A DNA stretch of 64,000 bases from Candidatus Latescibacterota bacterium (GTDB lineage Bacteria; Latescibacterota; UBA2968; GCA-2709665), in NCBI GenBank assembly GCA_965203805.1, contig OZ241917.1, forward strand, positions 5,088,001-5,152,000, written 5' to 3'. Within the stretch, counting starts at the first letter, position 1, and every line of letters starts with the position of its first letter. The notes beneath the pieces were generated by a model, which saw only the letters and a program-made list of their open reading frames with translations, did not search any database and was not told the DNA's origin. This document shows, in pieces, positions 19,912-30,794 of the stretch. A program made the translations under genes and the position numbers.

Positions 19912-21363
19912 ATGTCCATCGCGATAAAGTCCATCGATCTGAACGTCCTGAACATGAAAGCGCGGATGCCGTTCCGATACGGGATCGCGTCTCTGGTGGC
20001 CGTACCCCATCTCTTCGTCCGGGCGACCGCGGAGATTCACGGACGCCGGGAGGTGGGACTCGCGGCGGACGGGCTCCCGCCGAAGTGGTTCACCAAGAAC
20101 CCTGAAGCGTCTTTCGAGGACGACCTTGACGAAATGCTGGCGGTGATCCGGCAGGCATGCCGTCTGGCACGGTCCGCGGACGCGGCGGAGACCGTCTATG
20201 ATATCTGGCGGGAGATCTACAACCGTCAGAAGGAATGGGCCCTATCCACACCGTACCCGCCACTGCTGTGGGGATTCGGCGTGAGCCTGGTGGAGCGGGC
20301 GCTCATCGACGCGTTCTGCAGGGCGACCGGGGCCGCGTTCGGATGTGCGCTGCGAAAGAACGGGTTCGGCATTCGTCTGGCCGATTTACAGCCCGATCTG
20401 GAGGCGGTCGAAGCCGCGGCGCTGCTGCCCGTACGCGCGAGCCGGTCGATTCTGGCGCGCCACACCGTGGGGTTGACCGATCCCCTTACAGACGCGGACG
20501 TCCCGGCGGACGAGCGTGTGGAAGACGGCCTGCCCCAATCCCTCGAAGCCAGTATACTGGCGTATGGCCTGACCCACCTGAAGATCAAGTTGTGCGGCAA
20601 TGCGGACCAGGACGCGGACAGGCTGAGGCAGATCGCCGGATTGATGGAACGACATTCCGGGTCCGACTACGCATTTACGCTCGACGGGAACGAGCAATAT
20701 TCGAAAATCGATCCGTTCCGTGCGCTGTGGGAATCGGTTATGGCGGATCCGTCGCTCCACCGGTTCATGGCGAGGTTGTTATTCGTGGAGCAGCCCCTGA
20801 GGCGCGACGTCGCTCTCGGCGAGGCCGCGGGCGGCGCACTGCGCGGCTGGACCGGTCGTCCGCCCATGATCATCGATGAGTCCGACGGGACGCTGACCAG
20901 CGCGGCGGAAGCGCTGGATCTGGGATATGCGGGAACCAGCCACAAGAACTGCAAAGGGGTATTCAAAGGCATTGCCAGCGCCTGTCTTATCGCAGACAGA
21001 CAAAGGAAAGACCCCGGCCGGGCCTATATCCTCAGCAGCGAGGATCTGGGCAACGTCGGCCCTGTTGCGCTGCTGCAGGACCTGGCGGTGGCCGCAAGCC
21101 TTGGCGTGGGACATACCGAGCGCAACGGCCATCACTATTTTTCGGGTTTGAGCATGTATCCCGATGACGTTCAGTCGGAAGTGCTCCGCCAGCACGGCTC
21201 ACTTTACCGTCGTCACGAAACGGGGTTTCCAACGCTGGACGTGCGGGGTGGCCGGTTGAACATCGCGAGCGTCGTCGATGCGCCTTTCGGCTACGGGTTC
21301 GACCTGGACACCTCGAGATTCACCCCGCTGGAAGACTGGTCGCCGGCGTCTCTGGACCTTTGA
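19912..21363 (+). CDS. Enolase-superfamily-like protein
   Basis: KIK, LDGNEQ, EQP, IDES, SHKNCKG motifs of mandelate racemase/MLE-type barrels. Confidence 0.65.
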   Translation: MSIAIKSIDLNVLNMKARMPFRYGIASLVAVPHLFVRATAEIHGRREVGLAADGLPPKWFTKNPEASFEDDLDEMLAVIRQACRLARSADAAETVYDIWREIYNRQKEWALSTPYPPLLWGFGVSLVERALIDAFCRATGAAFGCALRKNGFGIRLADLQPDLEAVEAAALLPVRASRSILARHTVGLTDPLTDADVPADERVEDGLPQSLEASILAYGLTHLKIKLCGNADQDADRLRQIAGLMERHSGSDYAFTLDGNEQYSKIDPFRALWESVMADPSLHRFMARLLFVEQPLRRDVALGEAAGGALRGWTGRPPMIIDESDGTLTSAAEALDLGYAGTSHKNCKGVFKGIASACLIADRQRKDPGRAYILSSEDLGNVGPVALLQDLAVAASLGVGHTERNGHHYFSGLSMYPDDVQSEVLRQHGSLYRRHETGFPTLDVRGGRLNIASVVDAPFGYGFDLDTSRFTPLEDWSPASLDL

Positions 21364-21446
21364 GGATGCTCGGCCCGGAACCGATGCGCGCAGTCGCCGA
21401 TCCGGAACCCGATTGAAGGCGAACGCCCGTTTCCAGGGAGGCAGGT

Positions 21447-22799
21447 TTGAATCCGATCGACTGGAACGCGGTCCGTGAGGAGGTGACGGGATACCTGCGG
21501 GACCTGATCCGCCTGGACACGACCAATCCGCCTGGAAACGAGATTCTGGCCGCGGAGTACCTTGCGGGCGTGTTGCGGCGCGAGGGTCTGGGTCCACGGG
21601 TGACCGAGTCGCAGCCGGGGCGCGGGAACGTCACGGCCCGGCTGGCCGGAGGCGGCGAGCCGCTCGTGCTGCTGGGGCATACGGACGTGGTGGCGGTTGA
21701 ACCCGACCGGTGGCGGCATCCGCCGTTCGGCGGACAGGTGCACGACGGATACGTCTGGGGGCGCGGCGCGCTGGATATGAAGAACATGGTCGCCGCCGAG
21801 CTGATGGTATTTCTGTTGTTGAAACGCCGCCGGACCGATCTGAAGCGGGACGTCATCTTCGCGGCCACCGCGGATGAAGAGGCGGGAAAGGGAGACCATG
21901 GCGTCGGGTGGCTGCTGGACAACCACCCGGAACAGGTGGACGCGCCCTTTGTGCTGACGGAAGGCGGCGGCGCGGACTTCCGTGTGGGCGATGCCCGGTT
22001 CTATACCTGCCAGACCGGGCAGAAGGGGATCTGCAGATTCCGGATGGTGGCCCGCGGGAAGCCCGGCCACGGTTCAAGGCCGCACCCGCAAAACGCCGCG
22101 GTGAGGCTGTCGGAAGCGGTTGCCGCCCTGGGACGGGCCGTATTGCCGATGCATCCGTCCCGGACCGTCAGGGCGTTTCTCGACAGTATCGCCGCAACGC
22201 AGGATCCCCTCACCGCGGACCGGCTGCGTCGCGTCCTGGAACCCGAACACAGCGAAACTGCGCTCGAATCGCTGCCGCTTGCGCCCGAGATCGTTGCGAA
22301 CCTGCGTTCGTCATTGAGAAACACGGCTTCCGTCACCATGTTGCAGGCCGGGCAGAAGATAAACGTCATTCCCGCGGAGGCTTCCGCATGGGTGGACGGC
22401 AGACTTGCGCCGGGACAGACGGATGACAGCTTCTTCGAGGAGATCCGGCCGCTGGTCGGAGAGGACCTCCGGTTCGAAGTGGACCAGTACAGCCCGCCTC
22501 TGGAGGCCGGGATCGACTCGCCGCTTTACCGCGCGATTGTGGACGTGATGGCGGATCACGATCCGGGCGCATGCGTTGTGCCGTCGCAATCCACGGGCGG
22601 TACGGATGCCAAACACATCTGCCCGCGAAGGCCGGCAACGCAAGTGTACGGGTTCATGCCGTACAGGGGGGCCCCCGGAGAAGAGGAATGGCAGTTGATC
22701 CATGGTCACGACGAACGCACCTCGGTGGAAAATCTGCTGTTCGCCACGCGTGTGCTGTACGATGTCGTGCATCGCTTTTGCGTGGAACGCGCCCCGTAA
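21447..22799 (+). CDS. M20/M25/M40 family metallo-hydrolase
   Basis: GHTDVV, GRGALDMK, DEE, GHGS, HGHDER. Confidence 0.93.
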   Translation: MNPIDWNAVREEVTGYLRDLIRLDTTNPPGNEILAAEYLAGVLRREGLGPRVTESQPGRGNVTARLAGGGEPLVLLGHTDVVAVEPDRWRHPPFGGQVHDGYVWGRGALDMKNMVAAELMVFLLLKRRRTDLKRDVIFAATADEEAGKGDHGVGWLLDNHPEQVDAPFVLTEGGGADFRVGDARFYTCQTGQKGICRFRMVARGKPGHGSRPHPQNAAVRLSEAVAALGRAVLPMHPSRTVRAFLDSIAATQDPLTADRLRRVLEPEHSETALESLPLAPEIVANLRSSLRNTASVTMLQAGQKINVIPAEASAWVDGRLAPGQTDDSFFEEIRPLVGEDLRFEVDQYSPPLEAGIDSPLYRAIVDVMADHDPGACVVPSQSTGGTDAKHICPRRPATQVYGFMPYRGAPGEEEWQLIHGHDERTSVENLLFATRVLYDVVHRFCVERAP

Positions 22800-22824
22800 T
22801 CGCCGGTAACCGGCCGGAGGGACA

Positions 22825-23802
22825 TTGATGCGGGTACTGGTAACGGACTATGCGTGGGCGGACCTCACCGTGGAACAGAGGGTCCTGGATGAGATCGGGG
22901 TTGACCTCGTGGCCGCGCCGGATGGCAACGAAGAGACCCTGGCGCGGCTGGCGGTCGGCGTCAGCGGCATCATGACCTGTTGGGCCATGACCACGCGGCA
23001 CGTCATTCGGGCCGCGCTGCCGGACCTGAAGGTGGTGACGCGTTACGGTGTGGGCCTGGACAACATAGACGTGGCGTACGCGACCGCCCACGGGATCCCT
23101 GTGGCGTACGTGCCGGACTATTGCATGGTGGACGTGGCGGAGCACGCGATGGCGCTGCTGCTGGCGCTTTCGCGCAAGGTGGCGGGGTTCGACCGATCCG
23201 TACGCGGCGGCGTGTGGGATATCCAGGCGTGTGTGCCGCTGAATCGCCTGACCGGGCGGACGCTGGGGCTGATCGGCTTCGGGCGCATTGCACGGGAGGT
23301 TGCGGGCCGCGCGTCGGCTTTCGGTCTGCGCGTGCTGGCGACGGCCCCGTCGATGACGCCCGGGTCCACGGCGGTTGACGGCGTCGAGGCCGTCACGCTG
23401 GATCAATTGTTGCGGACGTCGGACTTCGTCTCGATTCACTGTCCTTCCTCGGACGCGACGCGGGGACTCATCGACGCGGGCGCCCTGCGCAAGATGAAAC
23501 CCACGGCCTGTCTGATCAATACGTCACGGGGCGATATTGTGGATGAGACCGCCCTGGCCGACGCGCTGGCCGCGGGCGGGATCGCGGGGGCGGCCCTCGA
23601 TGTACGTGTAGCGGAGCCACCGGTCGAGGGGGACCGGCTTATCGGGATGCCCCAGGTGATCCATACACCCCACGCGGCGTTTTATTCGTCTGAATCCCTG
23701 GTTGAATTGAGGCAACGCGCCGCGATGGAGACGCTCCGGGTCCTGCGGGGCGGCGAACCGGAAAACCTGGTGAATCCGGAATACCGGCGCGCCGGCGGGT
23801 GA
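22825..23802 (+). CDS. CtBP-like D-2-hydroxyacid dehydrogenase
   Basis: RYGVGLDNID, PDYC, GFGRIA, INTSRG, TPHAAFYS. Confidence 0.92.
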   Translation: MMRVLVTDYAWADLTVEQRVLDEIGVDLVAAPDGNEETLARLAVGVSGIMTCWAMTTRHVIRAALPDLKVVTRYGVGLDNIDVAYATAHGIPVAYVPDYCMVDVAEHAMALLLALSRKVAGFDRSVRGGVWDIQACVPLNRLTGRTLGLIGFGRIAREVAGRASAFGLRVLATAPSMTPGSTAVDGVEAVTLDQLLRTSDFVSIHCPSSDATRGLIDAGALRKMKPTACLINTSRGDIVDETALADALAAGGIAGAALDVRVAEPPVEGDRLIGMPQVIHTPHAAFYSSESLVELRQRAAMETLRVLRGGEPENLVNPEYRRAGG

Positions 23803-23887
23803 CGTCAACTTGCGGGGTTGGCCCGTTCCACGAACGGGACCGCCACAACGCGCCGCAGGAGCGATAGAGGATGATCGTGCGGGAGTC

Positions 23888-25258
23888 ATGATGTCGGAAC
23901 AGCCTAACATACTGGTATTGATGTGCGACCAGTTGCGCCGCGACGCACTGTCGGTTCACGGCGACGTGAACCTGCAGACGCCGAATATCGATGCGCTGGC
24001 AACACGGGGCGTGAGATTCACGAACGCCTGTTCGACCTATCCGATCTGCGTGCCGTTCCGCTTTACGTTCATGACCGGAGAATATGCGCATACGCGCAAG
24101 GTCCCCGGTATCGAGTACCGGATGTCGCCCACCGAATTCACGCTGGCCGACGCGTTCAACGAAGCGGGGTACGAGACGGTTTACGTGGGAAAGTGGCACC
24201 TCGACGGCGGCCACGGAAGAATGGGTTCGGCGCTTGAATGCGGGCGTACGCCGGTGCCCCGGGCGTACCAGGGACGCTGGGAGAAGTGGTTCGGATTCGA
24301 GCTCAGAAATGCCCCTTTCGACACCTATTATTTCGAGGACGACGATCCCGCGCCAAGACCCGTCAGCGGGTATCAGACCGACGGTTTGTACGATATCGGC
24401 ATGAACTACCTTGCCGGAGAGCGGGACACCTCCAGGCCGTTCTGCATGGTCATTTCGGTGGAGCCCCCGCACGACCCGTTCGAAGCGCCGCCCGATATTC
24501 AGGCGGCATGGGAAGCCAGGGAGATTGAACTGCCGCCCAATCTCGAGGCTTCCGACGGCGCGAGCCGGGAAGCCTTCGTGCTGAATCGCAAGCGATATTA
24601 CGCGATGGTGGAGAATCTCGACGCCAATGTGAAGCGGATGACGGATTTTCTGAAGGCCCAGGGACTGGCGGAGAATACCGTGGTGTTGTTCGTTTCGGAC
24701 CACGGTGAACTGGGCGGCAGCCACGGGCTTGCAGGGAAGCAGTGGCCGTACGAGGAATCCGTGGGCATTCCGGCGATTGTCTACGACCCCCGCTTTCCCG
24801 TCCGGGCGGGTACGGCAATCGAGGATCCGATCTGCACGGAGGATTTTTTCCCGACGCTACTGGGTATGGCGGGGCTTCCCCCCGGCGATCGCCTGCAGGG
24901 TATGGACCTGTCCCCGCTGGTTCGCGGTGAGACTGACTCGCTGGATCGGGAAGGGGTTCTGCTGGAGTTCGTGGCCGAACTCCGCAAGGGGATGGCGTTC
25001 AACCGGTGGGTGTGGCGCGGGTTTCGGAGCGCGCGGTACAAATATACCGTCCGGGGAGACAAGACGGGCGCCGGCGCCTGGCAGTTTTTCGATCTGCATG
25101 CCGATCCGTACGAACGCCGGAACCTGATCGGTCACCCCGACTTCCAGGACGAAATCGCGCGGCACCACAGCCTTCTCAGAGAACGGCTGGTTGAGACCGG
25201 CGACCACTTCGTGTTGCTGCCCGCGTTTGGATGCGACGGCGTAAACGTTTGGCAGTAG
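23888..25258 (+). CDS. Sulfatase (formylglycine-dependent)
   Basis: PNIL...DQ, CVPFR (CxPxR), GKWHL, SDHG. Confidence 0.94.
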   Translation: MMSEQPNILVLMCDQLRRDALSVHGDVNLQTPNIDALATRGVRFTNACSTYPICVPFRFTFMTGEYAHTRKVPGIEYRMSPTEFTLADAFNEAGYETVYVGKWHLDGGHGRMGSALECGRTPVPRAYQGRWEKWFGFELRNAPFDTYYFEDDDPAPRPVSGYQTDGLYDIGMNYLAGERDTSRPFCMVISVEPPHDPFEAPPDIQAAWEAREIELPPNLEASDGASREAFVLNRKRYYAMVENLDANVKRMTDFLKAQGLAENTVVLFVSDHGELGGSHGLAGKQWPYEESVGIPAIVYDPRFPVRAGTAIEDPICTEDFFPTLLGMAGLPPGDRLQGMDLSPLVRGETDSLDREGVLLEFVAELRKGMAFNRWVWRGFRSARYKYTVRGDKTGAGAWQFFDLHADPYERRNLIGHPDFQDEIARHHSLLRERLVETGDHFVLLPAFGCDGVNVWQ

Positions 25259-25274
25259 GATCCCGCCGGATGGA

Positions 25275-26315
25275 TTATGCGGCCTGAAACCAGGCGCGGA
25301 AGGAGGGTTCGAAAGGGGATTGCGCCACGCCCTTCTCCGTTACGATGGCCGAGACGAGCCGCTCAGGCGTGACGTCGAAGGCCGGATTGTAGACGTTAAC
25401 GCCTCCCGGGGCGGTCTGCCTGCCCATGCCCAGGGTAATTTCCTCTGGGCCGCGTTCTTCGATGGGGATTTCCGCGCCGCAGGCGAGGGACATGTCAATT
25501 GTGGATAGTGGAGCGGCGACATAAAAGGGAACGTTGTGTTCCCTTGCCAGGATGGCCAGTCCGTAGGTGCCGATTTTATTGGCCACGTCGCCGTTGGCGG
25601 CAATACGGTCGGCGCCGACGATGACACTGTCGATATTCTTCTGCCGCAGGACCGACGCCGCCATGCTGTCGCAGATCACCGTGACGTCGATGCCGCTTTG
25701 ACCGAGTTCCCACGCCGTGAGCCGCGACCCCTGCAGCAGAGGGCGGGTTTCATCGGCGAAGACGGCGACCTGTTTCCCGGATTCAACGGCCGCATATATC
25801 ACAGCCAGCGCCGTGCCGTAGTCTGCGGTGGCCAGGGCGCCGGCGTTGCAGTGGGTGAGCACGGTGGCGTCGTGCCCAAGCAGTTCGGCCCCGTTCCTGC
25901 CGATCTGCCTGCATACTTTCCGGTCTTCCTCGAAGATTTCGTGCGCTTCCTCCAGCAACCGGTCTCGAATCTCCGCGGGATCCTGATCCGCAATTTCGCT
26001 CAATCGGCTGCTCATACGGTCCAGCGCCCAGAAGAGGTTCACCGCCGTGGGCCGCGTGCGGGAGAGCCTCGATATAGCCATTCTTGTCCCGGAGACGATA
26101 TCGCCTCCTGTGGCCAGGGCATTCCGCGCGCCGATGACGACGCCATACGCCGCGGCCACACCGATCGCGGGAGCGCCCCGGACCCGAAGGCTCTCGATGG
26201 CTTCGGCAACGGTTTCCACGTCTCCGCAGTCGATCCGGACGTATCGTTCAGGCAGAAATGTCTGATCGATCAGCCGAAGGGAGTCGTTTTCCCAGGTGAT
26301 GGTTGGTACAGGCAT
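25275..26315 (-). CDS. mtnA: S-methyl-5-thioribose-1-phosphate isomerase
   Basis: VRGAPAIG, RPTAVNL, THCNAG, ETRP, GADR, NKIGT, NPAFDVTP. Confidence 0.96.
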   Translation of the reverse strand: MPVPTITWENDSLRLIDQTFLPERYVRIDCGDVETVAEAIESLRVRGAPAIGVAAAYGVVIGARNALATGGDIVSGTRMAISRLSRTRPTAVNLFWALDRMSSRLSEIADQDPAEIRDRLLEEAHEIFEEDRKVCRQIGRNGAELLGHDATVLTHCNAGALATADYGTALAVIYAAVESGKQVAVFADETRPLLQGSRLTAWELGQSGIDVTVICDSMAASVLRQKNIDSVIVGADRIAANGDVANKIGTYGLAILAREHNVPFYVAAPLSTIDMSLACGAEIPIEERGPEEITLGMGRQTAPGGVNVYNPAFDVTPERLVSAIVTEKGVAQSPFEPSFRAWFQAA

Positions 26316-26348
26316 CGGTCGAATCCGTTCGTTCGATCCGGCAGCTAA

Positions 26349-26539
26349 CCTTGATTCGTCATTATTCGGAGACGTTAATTCGAGTATATGCAGGTGGATA
26401 AAGGCGATTTGACGTCGGATTTCCAGGATACATCAGGTCACTGGACGTGAACCAAAAGAATGTCCTTCCGGACGACCTTTTCGGCCCGTTTCGGAAGGTT
26501 TCGTCGCGGCGCCGCGTTGTTGCCTTTGTCAAATTAAGG
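26349..26539. mobile_element. MITE, about 191 bp, CCTTGATTC ends (copy 1)
   Basis: Imperfect TIRs CCTTGATTCGTCA / TGTCAAATTAAGG; colinear along its length with 55291-55482. Confidence 0.75.
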
Positions 26540-26965
26540 TTGTTCGGGAGAGGAAGTCTCGGCGAGTGCGGGATCTTCTTCAATCCGTTCGGACGGGGCG
26601 TCGCCCCAGAGGCGCTCGAGGCGGTAGAATGCCCGTGCCCTGGGCTGGAAGATGTGTACGACCACGTCGATATAGTCGAACAGAACCCAGGTGCGTGATT
26701 CCTGACCCTCGATATGCCACGGCCTGTAGCCCGCCGCTTTCGTGCCTTCCTGCAACGCGTCTGCCAGGGCTCTTACGTGTACGCCGGAATTGCCCGTGCA
26801 GATGAGAAAGTAGTCCGCGACGTCGGAGACCGTGCGCAGATCGATCAGGAGAAGGTCTTCGCCCTTCCGGGACTGAAGGCATTCGATGCAGAGATCCAGG
26901 ACTTCGCGTATCTGATCGGACAAGGCGGTTCCGTTCCGTGACGGGGTTGAAGGGCTCACCTTCAA
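26534..26965 (-). CDS. rsfS: Ribosome silencing factor
   Basis: KGED, ADYFLICTG.S..HV, WVLFDY.DVVVHIF, RAFYRLERLWGDA. Confidence 0.93.
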   Translation of the reverse strand: MKVSPSTPSRNGTALSDQIREVLDLCIECLQSRKGEDLLLIDLRTVSDVADYFLICTGNSGVHVRALADALQEGTKAAGYRPWHIEGQESRTWVLFDYIDVVVHIFQPRARAFYRLERLWGDAPSERIEEDPALAETSSPEQP

Positions 26966-27492
26966 TGGATGGTTCGCAGCGGACCCTGTCGCTGCCGATC
27001 GGGGGGAAAGAAGCGCAGGCGGTCGTAATCCCTGCCTATGATTACCGCGACCTGCTCGATGCGATATGGGTCGTGGACGATTTGCTGAATATGCGTGCGC
27101 AGTCCCATTGCGCTTGCCACCCTGCGTGCGTTTTCAAGGTTGCCCGTCCTGTCGATGACCATGGTTTCGGGATAATTGAAGCTATCCGCATTCTTCCACG
27201 TCATAACGTCGAAGCCCGCTTCCCTCAGATAACGCCCCACCTTTTCCGCGACGCCGGAAACGCCGCACCCGTTGAGTACTTCGATGCGGATTCGCCGCAT
27301 CGAATCCGGACCGGCTTTTGCAACAGGCTCCGGTTTCGGTACGGCGAGCGTTGCCGGCGCCGGTGCGGCGGGGCGTTCAGACATTGGATCGACGGAAGGG
27401 GGCTGGGGCGGCAGCCGTCGCTGGATGTCGAAGACGGCGACCGCTGCAAAGGTCAAAACCGCCAGAGCGGCCAGGACGATTTTTCGTGACAT
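26962..27492 (-). CDS. LytR C-terminal domain-containing protein
   Basis: N-terminal TM; IEVLNGCGVSGVA, NAD, VIIGRD. Confidence 0.85.
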   Translation of the reverse strand: MSRKIVLAALAVLTFAAVAVFDIQRRLPPQPPSVDPMSERPAAPAPATLAVPKPEPVAKAGPDSMRRIRIEVLNGCGVSGVAEKVGRYLREAGFDVMTWKNADSFNYPETMVIDRTGNLENARRVASAMGLRTHIQQIVHDPYRIEQVAVIIGRDYDRLRFFPPDRQRQGPLRTIH

Positions 27493-27571
27493 CTGCTATG
27501 CCGGAAAAGCGGAACGGGACACTGTCCGGACCAAGTGTCCCGCATATATGGAAGTTACATGGAGGCGAGTT

Positions 27572-28066
27572 TCAATATCGATATCGGCCTCTATGTCTAT
27601 AATAGGGCGAGTTACTCAGCTGAATTTCGATTTGAATGTTCTCCCTGGGCTGGTAGAACATGCCCACGTAGGGAATGACAAGCTTCGTGTTGTTGCCCAG
27701 AGCGGATCCGAAGGCGGAATTTCCCCGAAGAACGTGTTCGAGGCCGACCTGTGCCTCGATCAACAGGGGCTTTGTTGTATTTGCGCGGTAACTGATGGTA
27801 TTCAGATAGTATTGGCTTGCGCCGCCGAAGGCGCCGGAACGGAAGTTGAATCCGACCGTGTTCCTGAACGAAAGCCGGCCGGACTCGAACAGGCCCTTGA
27901 ATTTCTCGCCCAGTCCGAGGGGTTCACGCGAAAAGTCGATTGTCTTCAGGGCGGGGAATTTCGCCGGTTGAGGTTGAGACTTCTGTTCAGCCGACGCCGA
28001 AGAGACCGCAAGGAACAATGTCGCCAGTAAACACGTAATCACTCTCATCGGTTCGTCCTCCTGCAT
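27572..28066 (-). CDS. Secreted hypothetical protein
   Basis: Signal peptide ending ASA-E; alternating beta-strand pattern; same strand as neighbours. Confidence 0.65.
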   Translation of the reverse strand: MQEDEPMRVITCLLATLFLAVSSASAEQKSQPQPAKFPALKTIDFSREPLGLGEKFKGLFESGRLSFRNTVGFNFRSGAFGGASQYYLNTISYRANTTKPLLIEAQVGLEHVLRGNSAFGSALGNNTKLVIPYVGMFYQPRENIQIEIQLSNSPYYRHRGRYRY

Positions 28067-28197
28067 TCCCGGCCTGTAACGTCGTTTTCAATAGTTGCGA
28101 AATAGAATACGACAATAAAACCGGCATGTCAAGGTCTATCAACGTCATTCGGCACGCCACACATTGGACGTTCGAGCGGCGGAATTCGTTCCATAAT

Positions 28198-28229
28198 CCA
28201 TCCGGCGGCGCTGTGGCGCCGCCGGATGG
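28198..28229. terminator. Strong GC hairpin downstream of carA
   Basis: CCATCCGGCGGCGC-TGTG-GCGCCGCCGGATGG, 14-bp perfect stem; poly-U tail weak. Confidence 0.4.
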
Positions 28230-28286
28230 GCGTATTTTCCAACTGCCGCATGCCGGTTGAAGGTCCGCGCCCGCGCCATGCGGAGC

Positions 28287-28304
28287 GACTTTTTCAACGG
28301 GCTG
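28287..28304. repeat. Solo end of the IS5-like MITE family
   Basis: GACTTTTTCAACGGGCTG identical to 13043-13060, abutting the carA stop codon. Confidence 0.65.
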
Positions 28305-29426
28305 TCAGGCCTTTTCCATGAATTCCACAAACCGATCGAAGAGGTATTCGGCATCGTGCGGGCCGGCGGACGCTTCGGGGTGGTATTGTACGCAGAAGAT
28401 GGGCAGGCGCCTGTGTCTCAACCCTTCCAGGGTATTGTCGTTCAAATTGACGTGGGTGACTTCCACCTCGCGGTGATCCAGCGAATCCGCGTCCACGGCA
28501 AACCCATGGTTCTGGGATGTGATTTCCACCTTGCCGGTATCCAGCTCTCTGACGGGTTGGTTTGCGCCGCGGTGCCCGAATTTCAGTTTGTAAGTCCGCC
28601 CGCCCAGGGCCAGCCCAAGCAGCTGATGGCCGAGGCAGATGCCGAAGGTGGGTCTGGCGTGCATGAGCTGTCGAATGTTCCGCACCGCGTAGGCAAGCGG
28701 CTCCGGATCGCCGGGTCCGTTCGACAGGAAGATTCCGTGGGGGTCGATTTCGAGCAGCTGATCCGCCGGGGCGTCCGCCGGAAAGACCGTGACGTCGCAT
28801 CCGCGGCTGACGAGGTACCGGAGGATGTTCCGCTTGACGCCGAAGTCGTAGACGGCCACCCGGAATCGGGCGTTTCCGGAGTGCGTTTCCGCCCGACCTT
28901 TCTCATAGTCGAACAGGCCCTCGGTCCAGCGGTAGGGTTCGCTGCAGCTGGCCGCGCCGGCAAGATCCCGCCCCACCATGCACGGCGCATTCCGTGCTTT
29001 TTCGATGAGGCTTGAGCGGTCCGCGTCCAGGGTGGACAGGACGCTTTTCATAGCGCCCTCGGTGCGGATGCGCCGCGTGAGGGCTCGCGTGTCGACGCCC
29101 TGTATACCCAGGATGCCGTGGCGTTTCAGGTAGCTGCCGAGGGATTCGCTCGAACGCCAGTTGCTGGGCAGTTCACAGTATTCCCTGACCACGAATCCTT
29201 CCACCTGGGGCCGCCCGGATTCGACGTCGATCGGATTGACACCGTAGTTGCCGATGAGCGGGTAGGTCATCGTGACAATCTGGCCCTTGTATGACGGGTC
29301 GGTGAGGATTTCCTGGTATCCCGTAATGCTGGTATTGAAGACGACCTCGCCCTCGCATTCACCGGACGCGCCGAAGGATTCGCCCTCGTAACAGGTGCCG
29401 TCTTCCAGGGCAAGTATGGCTCTCAT
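28305..29426 (-). CDS. carA: Carbamoyl-phosphate synthase small subunit
   Basis: GEVVFNT, TDPSY, SNGPGDP, GICLGHQ, QYHPE. Confidence 0.98.
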   Translation of the reverse strand: MRAILALEDGTCYEGESFGASGECEGEVVFNTSITGYQEILTDPSYKGQIVTMTYPLIGNYGVNPIDVESGRPQVEGFVVREYCELPSNWRSSESLGSYLKRHGILGIQGVDTRALTRRIRTEGAMKSVLSTLDADRSSLIEKARNAPCMVGRDLAGAASCSEPYRWTEGLFDYEKGRAETHSGNARFRVAVYDFGVKRNILRYLVSRGCDVTVFPADAPADQLLEIDPHGIFLSNGPGDPEPLAYAVRNIRQLMHARPTFGICLGHQLLGLALGGRTYKLKFGHRGANQPVRELDTGKVEITSQNHGFAVDADSLDHREVEVTHVNLNDNTLEGLRHRRLPIFCVQYHPEASAGPHDAEYLFDRFVEFMEKA

Positions 29427-29474
29427 GTTCGGGTGTGACTCCTGCCGGATGCTTGTTGGTGTCTTCAGCGTAGA

Positions 29475-30794
29475 CTACACGCCATCGGCCGGACCGCATC
29501 CGTCGCGGGCAGGCTCGTGGGTCACGCGTCCCCCGAGAATCGTCAGTACGGCCCTGCCGGTGAGGGTATGCCCATGAAAGGGCGTGTTCCGGGACCTGGA
29601 GCGGAACCTGTTCGCGTCGACGGTCCAGGTGCGGGCCGGATCAATTACCGTAACGTCCGCCGGCGCGCCGGGTGACAGGCTGCCGCCGGGGATCCCCAGG
29701 ATCCGGGCGGGAGTTGCGGTGAGTTTGCGGACGACCTCGGATGCCGGTAGGATTCCGGGCTCAACCAGATAGGTGAAAAACGTCCCCACGGCGGTTTCCA
29801 GCCCCAGGATTCCATTGGGCGCTTCGGGGAAACGCTGGAGTTTTTCCTTAACGGTGTGAGGTGCGTGGTCTGTGGCGAGCGCGTCTATGGTTCCGTCCGA
29901 CAACCCCTCCAGCAGAGCATCGCGATCGTCGGCCGAACGCAGGGGAGGGCTCATCTTTCCCTGGGTACCGTAAACGCGCACGTCTTCGTCCGTAAGCGCG
30001 ACGTGGTGCGGCATGGCTTCGCAGGTAACCGCAAGTCCCTCCGATTTGGCTCGGCGCACGAGATCCACGGCGCGACGAACGCTGATGTGGAGGATATGCA
30101 GGCGCCCGCCGGTTGAGCGTACGAGGTTGATATCGCGCTCAACCATCGCGGATTCGCCTTCGTCCGGCATGCCCTTGATGCCCAGTTCCCGGCACACGGC
30201 GCCTTCGTGCATGTGCCCGCCCCTTGTGAGCGCGAACACCTCTGAGTGCGGGCAGACGGGAAATCCGTGCCGCTCCGACAGGCGCAGAAGATCGCGCATG
30301 ACGGCTTCGGACTCTATCGGGAGGCCGTCGTCCGAGAAGCCCACGGCGCCGGCTTGCAGCAGGGCCTCGACGTCGGTGAGTTCTCCGCCCTGCATCCCTT
30401 TTGTCGCGCAGGCGATCGTGTAGACCCGGGCATCCGCCTGTTCGGCCTTATTCAGGATGGTTTCGACGACGTCGGGACAATCGATCGGCGGGTCGGTATT
30501 GGGGAGGCACGCAACGGCTGTAAAGCCGCCGGCAGCGGCGGCGCGGCATCCGGTTTCCACGGTTTCCTTCTCGGGAAACCCCGGATCCCGCAGGTGAACG
30601 TGCATGTCGATGAGTCCCGGGACGACCAGGTTTCCGGAGACGTCTATAACGTCCGCGTCCGCCGGGGGTTCGATTCCTTCGGCAATACGGTCGATCCGGC
30701 CGTGCCGGATCAGAAGGTCCGACGGCGAATCGATCGCGTTGGCGGGATCGATGACCCGTCCATTTTTGAGGAGAATTGGTGTGGCCGGGCTCAT
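29475..30794 (-). CDS. pyrC: Dihydroorotase (type I)
   Basis: DMHVHLRDPG, AAAGGFT, FSDDG, PPLR, ATDHAPH, SRNTPF; directly upstream of carA. Confidence 0.93.
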   Translation of the reverse strand: MSPATPILLKNGRVIDPANAIDSPSDLLIRHGRIDRIAEGIEPPADADVIDVSGNLVVPGLIDMHVHLRDPGFPEKETVETGCRAAAAGGFTAVACLPNTDPPIDCPDVVETILNKAEQADARVYTIACATKGMQGGELTDVEALLQAGAVGFSDDGLPIESEAVMRDLLRLSERHGFPVCPHSEVFALTRGGHMHEGAVCRELGIKGMPDEGESAMVERDINLVRSTGGRLHILHISVRRAVDLVRRAKSEGLAVTCEAMPHHVALTDEDVRVYGTQGKMSPPLRSADDRDALLEGLSDGTIDALATDHAPHTVKEKLQRFPEAPNGILGLETAVGTFFTYLVEPGILPASEVVRKLTATPARILGIPGGSLSPGAPADVTVIDPARTWTVDANRFRSRSRNTPFHGHTLTGRAVLTILGGRVTHEPARDGCGPADGV

